Shown one piece after another: positions 23,348 through 33,300 of a stretch of DNA of 64,000 nucleotides (position 1 is its first letter; each line of letters starts with the position of its first letter). Under the pieces are notes generated by a model that searched no databases, was not told the DNA's origin, and worked only from the letters and a program-made list of their open reading frames with translations. The position numbers and the translations under genes are program-made. The stretch is from Caecitellus pseudoparvulus. Lineage: Eukaryota > Protista > Bigyra: Bicosoecida. The DNA is taken from the NCBI GenBank assembly GCA_965644315.1, contig CBFFRQ010000089.1, positions 830,768 through 894,767 on the forward strand, read 5' to 3'.

Positions 23348-26300
23348 ATGCGACGCGTGATGCTCAGCAGGAAGGCACCTTCGCTCTGTGGGGTGGCATG
23401 TCTCCTGGCCCTGGCCTCGCTTCCACACCCACACGCCACGCACACAGCCTTCACGCTCCCAAAAAACCTCGCTGCTGGTGAAGTGATACCTGAAGCATCA
23501 ATAGTTGAAGCTGTCACGGCTTTCAAAGAAGCTGCTGAGCTGTCACGCTGGCTTCAGCAAGTTGCGCAGCGGAGTGCGCTGTCTCTTCCAGCTGTCATGC
23601 TATGCTGCGCCTGCCCAGAGCTTGTAACTGGCCGAGGGATGCCCCCTGTGTACGTCATTCATCCACTTGCACGGGAGGAAGGATGCTCGTCATCTGCGAG
23701 CCTGACCCCGCTCACACTTACTGTCCCGGGAGCGCTGCTCGGCAGTCTGCCGTTCGCCAGCGTTAGCGGCATTGTGGTGTGCGGCTTGACTCGGCAGCAG
23801 GAGTGGGAGGCAGCACAACGTCTCATACTGGCCGACACACGGCAAGCTGGCGAGCTTTCCATCTACGTCTGTTCAAATGCGGTGGATATTGAGCCCCAGC
23901 TCTTCGCCAGTGGCTTTCGGCAGACCTCGGGCGAGCCCAGGGAGTGGAGGCATGTGCTTCCCGGATGGGCTGCTGGGGACGCGTTCGAGGCCACTGCCTC
24001 GCTTGAGCACATCAAGCATGACTGTAGAGGGCTAGAAGCATGCCATGACTTTATTTACGCCGCTGAGGTTGCGCTGTCTGTGCTCCAAGGGCCAGCACCA
24101 GATCCAAGCCCACCATCACTGCCATTGCCGCGCAGCGAAACCAGCCTCGCCTTCAGTATAACCACCCTCAACACATTGCAAGGGACGCAAGAACTTTGCA
24201 TGCCCATACTTAAGAGTCGTTTTGCAGGGTTTCGCGAAACGTGGGCTGGCCTACTTCCCTTGACGGTCCAGCTGCAGCACATCCTGCATGCTTGCAAAGC
24301 ACCACCGCTTCATGCTGGGCTTCCTGACATACTGTCACAGGTGATTTGGCAACCACCTTCCTGGAGACAGACTCAAGACCTTGCTGAAAGGCTTCTCGCG
24401 ATGTCACCTCGCGGGAGCCAAGCAACATCTCTCCCAGCGTTCCGAGACGGCGTCGCTGGACTGGAGGCCTGGCTGAGCGAGCTGAGGACCGCCTTTGCCT
24501 CCTCGCCAGCTGCACCAGCCATCGTGCAGTTCTTCCATGGCATCGCTGCCTTGGCTCAGTCTGGGGCTCTTGCAGATGCTCAGAGGCAGGCAGCTCTGCA
24601 TGGCGCCTTGTCTGTGCTGCTGCGGCCCAGCCTGGATGCGTCTCCTGACCTGGCCATCGCTTCAGTACTCCTGCGCGATGCTTTCCAGAAGGCGGCACAA
24701 GCAGGCAAGGGACTCATCCGTAGCAATGCTTGCACAGGTGCTCCCCATTGCCAGAGCATTCATTCTCCGTCCGACGCCCAGCAGTGCGTGGCACGACACT
24801 TCAGCTGCGCGGTGTGGGCGCTTCTTCAAGCCCAAGGGTCATGGCGCAGCGCCTCCAGTGCCATAGGACACTGGAAAGGCTTTCCAGGCCTGCGTGAAAG
24901 TGCTCTCTTGTTCACATCTTCCTACATCGCGCCCGCTAAGGAGAGGCGCGTCAAACGAGCTCTGTGGCAGCAGCATCTTCTGGCTGCGTCTGAGCTGCCT
25001 GTGCGAGCCCCTCCGCCCTCGGACGAGCCTTGGCGAGTCCTCATCGTCACAGCCCACTGGATTGAAGCCCACGCTGTGTTTCGCACTATAGGCCCGTTTG
25101 TCCAAGCACTCGCGCCCTCTCAAAGAGCCGCGAGCAGATCTGGCCTGGAGGTGCACCTGTTGTGGGTGGAAAGCTTGGCCTTTTCCCGCGCCTCCCCTGG
25201 CGCAGCGCAGGAGCACATCTTTGCGAGTGTACACAGCATTCCTGCTAACCACTCAGCTGCAGATGTCCACACAGGCATTCAGTGGGCCAGGCAGCGGCAG
25301 GCGGACGTGGCTGTGTTCCTCTCAGTCGGCATGCATCCGCTGGACACAACTTTGGCATCCCACAGACTAGCGCCGGTACAACTGACAACATACGGCCACA
25401 GCGCGTCTGTCCACCAAGCTGCAAGTTTGTCACGTGGAAGCGTCTTTGACCTGTTCATGGGTGGTTTTGTTCCCGAGGTGCTCATGGAGGTTGAGGCCGC
25501 TGTGGCTGCTGGGTCACACACCGCGACGTCTCTCGGCGCAGACATGAAGCTGCGAGACACGCCTGCGTGTCTTCAGAGCATCCTCACGGCGTTTCAAGGG
25601 GGCAGCTCGTGTGATAAGGCGCTTGAAGCGCGGGAGTCACCTGCCTTGCCGCCCGAGTGCGAGGCACGTGACGTTCTCCGACGTCGTGCCCATGCAGCAT
25701 GCGCCACAGGGCCAGCTCAAGCGGGGCACAAAGCACCGGCACTCTTCTCCCTCAAGCAACTCAGCGGGTATTTGCACCTACTCCCACAAGCCAGCTCGTT
25801 GAGCACACACGCGCCCCACACGCCGTTGGTGTGGGACCCACAGCAGGGAGGGGCCATGCGCACGCTGGGAGCATGCCCGGCAACGCAGCAGCTCTCAACC
25901 TTGCAGGGCGAGCGTAAGTTCCTGATGCTACTGGCTTGTGCCGGGAAGGTGGCAGCTGGGCGGTTCTCAGAGCAGCTGCTCCTCGTGCCGGGCCTCGGCG
26001 TGGCCTTCACTCCCTTCCACCAGTACTTCGTTCCGCGCCCGACACTCCGGCAAGTAAAGACTGCCATGGGCAGGGCCAAGCGTGCAAGTCTCGCGGCCCC
26101 CGGGGAACTGCGTTGCAAAGCAGCCCCGGGTCCTGTGCAAGTGGTGCTGCCGTGGACAGCTCCGAAGTTCTCTTCACGCATGCTGGGAATCGTCAGCCAT
26201 GCGCTCCGAGAAGCGCACATGCGAGCTCCGCACTGCTCCTTCCAGCTGCTAGTCGCGCCCAGCCTTCCAGCTGGTACCCACACTGCAGCTCTTGCTGCAC

Positions 26301-26938
26301 TGATGGTGAGCATCCGCAGCTCCCTGGGGCCTGGGAGTGAGCAGTATGTGTCCGTCCGAATGCGGGATGCGCTGAACGTGACAGCATACCTACACCACCT
26401 CAGCACGGCTGACCTTGCCGTTGATGCGTATCCCTACGGCGGGTGTAACTCAATCCTGGATGCGGTGCATGTCGGCGTGCCAATTCTGACCTTGGCGGGG
26501 AGCGCTTGGCGGAACCGCATTGGAGCGGCGCTTCTTCGAGAGGTGGGTCTGCATGAAACTGCCTTCTGGGAAGATGCAGGCCTCGTTTCCCTCCTGTCCA
26601 GCCTCCTCGTCAATGCGACTGCGCGTGCAGAGCTGCGGCTAGCACTTGCAGCAGCACCGCTGCACCGCTTCCTGTCGCACCCGGCCGGAAGCCCCGAGCT
26701 CCGACACGTCGTGCCTTGGCTGGGTGCAGCATCTCGAGCAAGAGCAAATCAGGCTTCTGCTGCTTTGGGCAGACTGGTGCAACCTCCCTCCTTGGGGCAG
26801 CAGGGCACGAGCTCTGCCTTTTCAACGCCTGAGGGTTGGAACCAGTCAGCTCAGCACCTTCTTGCCAGCGGTCTGGGCGTGTCACCGCTGTCAAGGTGGA
26901 CCTTACAAACACTTGGCGCTGTCGATCATGCGGAGTGA
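23348..26938 (+). CDS. GT41-family glycosyltransferase (HMW1C/NGT- and OGT/SPY-like GT-B fold) with predicted signal peptide
   Basis: Motifs HAVFRT, DVAVFLSVGMHPLDTTLASHRLAPVQLTTYGH, FSEQLLLVP, WTAPKF and DLAVDAYPYGGCNSILDAVHVGVPILTLAG. Hydrophobic N-terminus. No introns are needed. Confidence 0.8.
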   Translation: MRRVMLSRKAPSLCGVACLLALASLPHPHATHTAFTLPKNLAAGEVIPEASIVEAVTAFKEAAELSRWLQQVAQRSALSLPAVMLCCACPELVTGRGMPPVYVIHPLAREEGCSSSASLTPLTLTVPGALLGSLPFASVSGIVVCGLTRQQEWEAAQRLILADTRQAGELSIYVCSNAVDIEPQLFASGFRQTSGEPREWRHVLPGWAAGDAFEATASLEHIKHDCRGLEACHDFIYAAEVALSVLQGPAPDPSPPSLPLPRSETSLAFSITTLNTLQGTQELCMPILKSRFAGFRETWAGLLPLTVQLQHILHACKAPPLHAGLPDILSQVIWQPPSWRQTQDLAERLLAMSPRGSQATSLPAFRDGVAGLEAWLSELRTAFASSPAAPAIVQFFHGIAALAQSGALADAQRQAALHGALSVLLRPSLDASPDLAIASVLLRDAFQKAAQAGKGLIRSNACTGAPHCQSIHSPSDAQQCVARHFSCAVWALLQAQGSWRSASSAIGHWKGFPGLRESALLFTSSYIAPAKERRVKRALWQQHLLAASELPVRAPPPSDEPWRVLIVTAHWIEAHAVFRTIGPFVQALAPSQRAASRSGLEVHLLWVESLAFSRASPGAAQEHIFASVHSIPANHSAADVHTGIQWARQRQADVAVFLSVGMHPLDTTLASHRLAPVQLTTYGHSASVHQAASLSRGSVFDLFMGGFVPEVLMEVEAAVAAGSHTATSLGADMKLRDTPACLQSILTAFQGGSSCDKALEARESPALPPECEARDVLRRRAHAACATGPAQAGHKAPALFSLKQLSGYLHLLPQASSLSTHAPHTPLVWDPQQGGAMRTLGACPATQQLSTLQGERKFLMLLACAGKVAAGRFSEQLLLVPGLGVAFTPFHQYFVPRPTLRQVKTAMGRAKRASLAAPGELRCKAAPGPVQVVLPWTAPKFSSRMLGIVSHALREAHMRAPHCSFQLLVAPSLPAGTHTAALAALMVSIRSSLGPGSEQYVSVRMRDALNVTAYLHHLSTADLAVDAYPYGGCNSILDAVHVGVPILTLAGSAWRNRIGAALLREVGLHETAFWEDAGLVSLLSSLLVNATARAELRLALAAAPLHRFLSHPAGSPELRHVVPWLGAASRARANQASAALGRLVQPPSLGQQGTSSAFSTPEGWNQSAQHLLASGLGVSPLSRWTLQTLGAVDHAE

Positions 26939-27235
26939 CCCTCCTCTGCCCAGTTTTCGGACACCATGGAAAGGGGGCTCCATGGCGCCGCAGGCGGCTG
27001 ACTTTCCGTGCACGTCCGAGACCCAGCGATGTCAGGCGAAGAACATATTTGTGGCACTCACACCCCTACCCTGCCCAACTGCCACAGCGCACTGAGTCCA
27101 CCTTTGCCCGAATTCTTTCCTTCCGCGTGTCGGGGGTAGGTGTGCCCTGTGCACGTGCAGCGTCATCCGCAAGCTTCGCACGCGCCTCGCCTTTCCGCAC
27201 CGGCAGCATTTGCTCTGCACCTCGCCTGACCAGCC

Positions 27236-29693
27236 ATGAAGTACGTCGTGGTGACTGGCGGTGTCGTCAGCGGGCTGGGCAAGGGTATCACGATTTCTTC
27301 ATTGGGCGTCCTGCTCAAGGCAGCCGGCCTGCGAGTCACGTCCGTGAAGATCGACCCGTATCTCGTGAGCCACTGCGGGATTTGAAGCGCGCAGAGCGAC
27401 ACGCTGCTGCACGGCCTCGCGTGTGGACCGCATGACCCGTGCAGAATTCCGATGCGGGGACCATGTCTCCCTTTGAGCATGGCGAAGTTTTTGTGCTGAA
27501 TGACGGCGGGGAGGTGCGTGCTGCGGGGCTGGGGCCGTGTTCAAGACAGGGGTGCCCATATTCCCGCACGCCTCGGCACGCCTTCCGTTGCCTGGCTGCC
27601 CCTTCACTTGCGCTGCCCGGGCACACAGGCTGATCTGGATCTCGGCAACTACGAGCGCTTTCTGGACATTACGCTGACCAAGGACCACAACATCACGACA
27701 GGGAAGGTGTGTGGCCCAAGATGCTCAGGCGCTGGGTTCGGGCATTCGGCAGCACACCTTCACGCGCGCCCTCCCACAGGTGTACTCCCAAGTCATTGAG
27801 TGCGAGCGCCGGGGTGACTACCTGGGCAAGACCGTGCAGGTCATTCCCCATGTCACGGATGCCATTCAGGAGTGGATCGAGCGTGTTGCACACCTATCTG
27901 TGGACGGCATGGCTGGGCCACCTGACGTGTGCTTGGTGGAGGTGGGCGGCACGGTGGGGGACATCGAGTCGCTCGTCTTCCTGGAGGCCCTGCGCCAGTT
28001 CCGTACCCGCGTGGGCCCTGAGAACACCTTCTTCTTCCACGTGTCCCTGGTGCCCGTGCTGGGCGCAGTGGGCGAGCAGAAGACCAAGCCCACGCAGCAC
28101 AGCGTGAAGGAGCTGCGCTCCGTCGGCATCTCCCCCGACGCCATCGTCTGCAGGTCCTCCAAGCCTCTGGCAGGCGGCACGCGACGCAAGCTGGGGCACT
28201 TCTGCCAGGTGCCCACGTCCCATGTCTTGGCCGTGCACGATGTGTCCAACATTTACCACGTGCCGCTGCTGCTGCAGGAGCAGAACGCAGCCAGCATCAT
28301 GTTGGAGCATTGGGGCATGGAGGCCCCCTGCAGCCCCCCCTCCCTCACTTCGTGGTGCGACTTGGCGGCACGGGTGGACTCCCTGGCCTCAGCGCCCACT
28401 GTGCACATCGCGCTGGTGGGCAAGTACACGGGCTTGTCTGACAGCTACCTGTCGGTTATCAAGTCCCTCAAGCACGCCGCTGTCGCCGCTGGACAACGCC
28501 TGGTTATTGAGTGGATCGACGCTGCGTCGTTGGAGCACGCCACCAGTGCTGCTGCGCCTGGAGCTGGCACGTCCCAGATGGAAGCCACTGCGCCAGGCAC
28601 TGCTGTGGGGCACGGGCAAGACAGCGCCTACGAGCAGTGCTGGGCGACACTGAAGCGGGCCGACGGCATCCTCGTCCCGGGCGGCTTCGGCGACCGGGGC
28701 GTGGAGGGCAAGATCCTTGCCATCCAGTACGCCCGTGAGAACCAGGTGCCGTTTCTGGGCATTTGCCTGGGCATGCAGTGTGCCGTGCTGGAGTTCGCGC
28801 GCAACGTGCTGGGCGTGCAGGGCGCCACTAGCGCAGAGTTCGACCCAGACACGGCCAACCCCGTGGTGCTGTTCATGCCTGAGATCAACCAGGCGAAGAT
28901 GGGCGGCACGATGCGCCTGGGCAACCGCACGACGGTGTTGAAGCCCCGCCCAGACGGCAAGGGCAGCTTGGCGGAGGCGCTGTACGGCAAGGTGCGCGGC
29001 ATCAACGAGCGCCACCGGCACCGGTACGAAGTCAACCCAGACTACGTGCCAGGGCTGGTGGAGAAGGGGCTGCTGTTCACAGGCACAGACGAGCGCTCCC
29101 AGCGCATGGAGATCGTGGAGCTGGGGGACCAGTGGCCCCACCCCTTCTTCTTCGCCGTGCAGTACCACCCCGAGTTCAACTCCCACCCGTACCGCCCCAG
29201 CCCGCCCTTCATGGGCCTCATCCTGGCTGCCAGTGGGCAGCTGCAGGGCAACCTCCCCCTGCCCCACGCCAAGGATGCGCTGGCGAACTACACACACGGC
29301 GCAGCGTCTGCCGCTGCCGCCGCGGACGGCATGCAGCTTTTGAGCAGCACTGTCGTGGGCACTGCCATTGCGCAGGCCGCCGCCAAGGCTGCTACCGGCG
29401 CAGCCGAGGTGAGCGCAGGCATCCACACGCCAGCCGCGGCGCCCGTGACTGGGGTGGTGGCGTCACCTACAGTGCCAGCGGCGGCGCCTGCGACGCCCCC
29501 GAGGGGTGCCCTCCCCACCCCCCTTGCGTCTGAGCCGCCTGTGGTGGGGCAGGGCACTCCTGCATCGCCCCCCCGCCTCGGCCACGATGATGCCTCGCTG
29601 CACACTGTGCCGTCACTGGCTCCGCCTGGTGTGGCGGGGGCGGCACCACCGACTCCCCCCCCCGCTGTGCGCCGGGAGTTGGCAGGAAGGTGA
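27236..29693 (+). CDS. CTPS: CTP synthase (exons 27236-27364, 27445-27513, 27629-27706, 27780-29693)
   Basis: Synthase domain [17 protein letters not shown]...KIDPYL|[23 protein letters not shown]|[11 protein letters not shown]...TTGK|VY. Glutaminase domain [35 protein letters not shown]. Confidence 0.97.
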
Positions 29694-30359
29694 GCTGAAT
29701 GCACACTGCCAGCAGCCTGTCGCGCGGGGCCGGCGCGTGCTTGGGTCTGCGCCTCTTGCCACCCGGTGACTGCAAGCCGCCACTCAGCCAGGGATCTTTC
29801 GTGCCGCCTTTGCCGCGGCGCAGGGCAAGCGCCATGCAGTCGACCGTCGCACAATACAAACCAAGAGTAACGCAAGAATGAAGAGACGAGTATTACAGAC
29901 TGCAGTGTGGAATTTGGCGGCACGCTAGGTGTCGTTTCGGCTCGCAGTGCCTTTCTGCTTGCTGCGAGCAGCAGCCTCGCGTTGCCAGCGGGGAGCCGCG
30001 CGCCCCGCTGCCCTGCTCGCGGACAGCTGGGAGTCATTTGCGTTTGTTGCAGAGCCAGTGAGTGCTTCTGTGTCGTCGTGTCTCGCTTGGCATGCGTGGC
30101 TGCCCCGTGGTGGGCTGCGTGGCAATGCGTGACAGTGTGAGGCGTTGGGCAGAGTGCGCAGCGCAACACCTCCCGCTGCGCTCCTCCCGGACTGCCTGGC
30201 GCCGACGGGAGGCAGGATGGAGAGATATACATTCAAGGGTTTACGCCCTTGTTGCCTTGCGTGGCGCTGCGTCGAAGCACAGCCCCTCCTCGCTCCCTTT
30301 GCAGAGGCCAGTCCACCTACATCGCTTGCGACGTCTTTCTGGCAACAGTGTTTGGCGCC

Positions 30360-33300
30360 ATGCAGGGCAAGCCCCCTGCGTCACGCACCATGCGTGCAGC
30401 TGTAGCACAAGGCAAACCCCCAGGATCTCCTCCGCGAGGTGGGAGCCCGCCGCTGGGACGCAGGCGCACGGGCAGCGTTGCTGGGCGGCGTGGCGAGCTG
30501 CGTCCTCACGGTTCGCCAGGTGGTGGGGCGCCCAGCAGCAAGTTCGCTCCTGGCGGGGCAGCTGCGCGCACCCGGGATGTGAACCGTCTGCTGGAAACCA
30601 TCGACTCGCAGATGGCAGCTGTGCGCAGCCAGAGGTACACCCGCCGAGCGACTCGAGCAGCCGCGTTGCTGACGCCGCTGCCTGAAGGGTTGGATGAGGT
30701 AGACATTGAAGTGGAGGAGGAGGCGTGTGTGGGCGGCCTGGAGGCGCCTGATGCCGGCTCCTCGTCCCGGAAGGGTGCCAGTTCCAAGGTGGACTTGAAG
30801 GTTGCCCTGAACTGGGCGGAGCAAGTGCACCCGCGAGTGGAGGTGGGAACACACCGGGTGCCCCTGGAAATCTGCAGCACCCAGCTGGGCCGGCACTGCT
30901 GCGTATTTTGCCGGTGGTGCGACCCTTGCCGGGAGGGCATCTACTCTGAGCTGGAGGCGTTTGGACCAGCTGTGAGCATGTTCTTCAAGGACCTCAAGTG
31001 CATGGCACTGGTGTTCCTGGTGCTGTCTGTGCTGGCTGTGCCGACGATCTTGTTGAACGTGACCCTGGGCACTGGTGCAGTGTCCCCCACTGTGCTGCTG
31101 AACGCGCGGTTCACAGACACCATGCTGGGGAACCTGGGGTCGCCCGTCGTATCAGCGGGCAACGCCAGCGCCCTGAACGGCACCTCCAACGTGGAGACGT
31201 TCCAGCTGGCATTGGACTCGGTGGGCGTCTGTGGCGTCGCGGAGAGGAACGAAGCCGTGCGTGCGCTGTGCTCCCTCGGCGAAGGCGACATTGCGGGCCT
31301 GTACGTGGGCCTGGATGTCGCTGTTATGCTGCTGTTTTGGCTGCTGTACTGCTGGTGGCGTGTGTTCCAGCGGCGCGAGAACTGGCTCGTGGACCGCGAC
31401 TTTGTGTCTGCCGGCGACTACACCGTGTTCGTGCGGGGCATCCCGAACGAAGTGGACGAGCTCACCCTGAAGTCCCACTTCGAGGAGGTGATCGGGGAGG
31501 CGGTGGCGTCGGTGTCCATTGCACGGGACGAGAAGGAGTACACGCGCCTGGCCGCCACGGCGGGGGTCATGCTGCGCCGGTGGGAGGAGCTCGCTGCTGC
31601 GACGGCAAAGCAGGTGCTGGTGGATGCAGCCATGCAGCGGGGGCTGGCTGGCGCGAGTGAGGTCATGGACTTGGGCGGCCCTTCAGACCCGGCCGAGCCA
31701 GCCAGCGCATCTGGGAGGCCAGGCGGCCCGCCCCCCATCACGGGGTCCCCTCGCACGCGTTCGCTGGCGGGCAGGGGCAGGGCGCCGCCTGGCCCTGGGG
31801 GCATGGAGCCCCCCTCATACGGCAACTCCTCCAGCGACTTGCTAGGGGACATTGAAGCCGCCGCAGAGCTCATCACGGGGCTGAAAGTGACGCAGCGGGT
31901 GGGGGTGGGCGGCGTGGCCATGCCCGGGCTGGGGGCTCGCGAGGAGGTGGGGGGGGACGAAAGCGTGCACTTGACGTTTGCCGAGGCTGACGCGTCTGTT
32001 ACCGCCCGCCTGCGCACCATTAGCACCATTGCTGGCCAGACAGCGGGGGACGCGCTGGAGGCTGAGCGGCGAACAGTGCTGGCTCGCCTGCGCAGCCTCA
32101 TTCGGCAGGTGCGTCGGGCGCGCAGCATGCACGTGGGAGTGCTGGCGGATGCCGTGCGGTTCAACGACCAGGAGTTGCTGCGGGGGTGCGACCCGGCCGT
32201 CGTGCGGGCTGGTGCCGCCACTGCCTGGCGGGGCCTGGGCGCGACGACGGGGGCGTTCATCACGTTCGAGCGGCAAATGGGCAAGCTGAAGGCTCTGAAG
32301 GCGTACTCCAACTCCCGTTGGCGCGTGTGCCGTGTGTTCTGCCAAGGCCGGGCCCTGCGCCTGGTGCCTGACATCTCCCCTCGCATGGTCACGTCAGCTG
32401 TCAAGCGCCTGGCGCGAGGAGGGGTGCGGCGCCGGCGAGCTGCTTCCCGCCGCCAGTCCCAGTGGGACGCCATCCTCGCGCGCAGCAGCTCCACCAGCTC
32501 CAAGGACAAGGCCGAGCCGAGTGTGGAGGACGAGGATGTGCAGCGTGTCTTGCAGCCTGCCCGCGGCAGTGCCCTGTCCGCGCTCAGCATGGCAGCCGCG
32601 CGCGTCCCCGTGCGCAGCGTGATCCAGCTGGAGTCTGACTCCGAGTCGGACGAGGAGCGAAGCAGCCCCAGCAGCCCGCCTGGCAGTCCTGGCGGCCGCA
32701 GCGTTCTGCACGGTGCCCAGCCGCCCAAGCCCCGGCGCTCCCGGCGCCAGAGTGCCGTGGATGCTTGGGCAACGGCGGCGAGCCGGCGAGGCACGGGGCG
32801 CGGGCTGTCGCTGTTGCCCATCGTGACGACCGAGGGGGACCTCCCGCCGCCCCGAGCGTCTGAAGACTCGGCTGCCCTGCATGCCAGTGGCGAGAGCCCT
32901 GTCCTTGCGAGTCGGGTGCAGACTGCGCCTGCTGTGGTGCCGCAGTCCAGTGACTCCCTGGAGCAGCGCGCCATCCGTCGCAGCGTCGCGACGCTGCGGC
33001 GTCTGAGCCAGCGGTGGCACACTGGCATCGGTCCGTCAGGTCTCCTGTCGTCGCTGGAAGCGCAGGCAGGCGAAGAGGGGGAGGGCGGAGAGACAGGGAG
33101 CGACGGGGCGCGAAGGTCCACTGAGTCGAAGAAAGGCGCGGAGCGCATGGCGTTTGCGGGGGTGAGGGCGCGCAAGGGAAGCAGCGCGTGCGCAGATGGC
33201 AAGGCGTCCCCGCCGCCCCGCCCAAGCTCGCCTGTGGGGCGCAGCAAGCTGGGGGCGCTGGCAGTGCTGGCCAGTGTGCGCAATCTGGACATGCCGCCCC

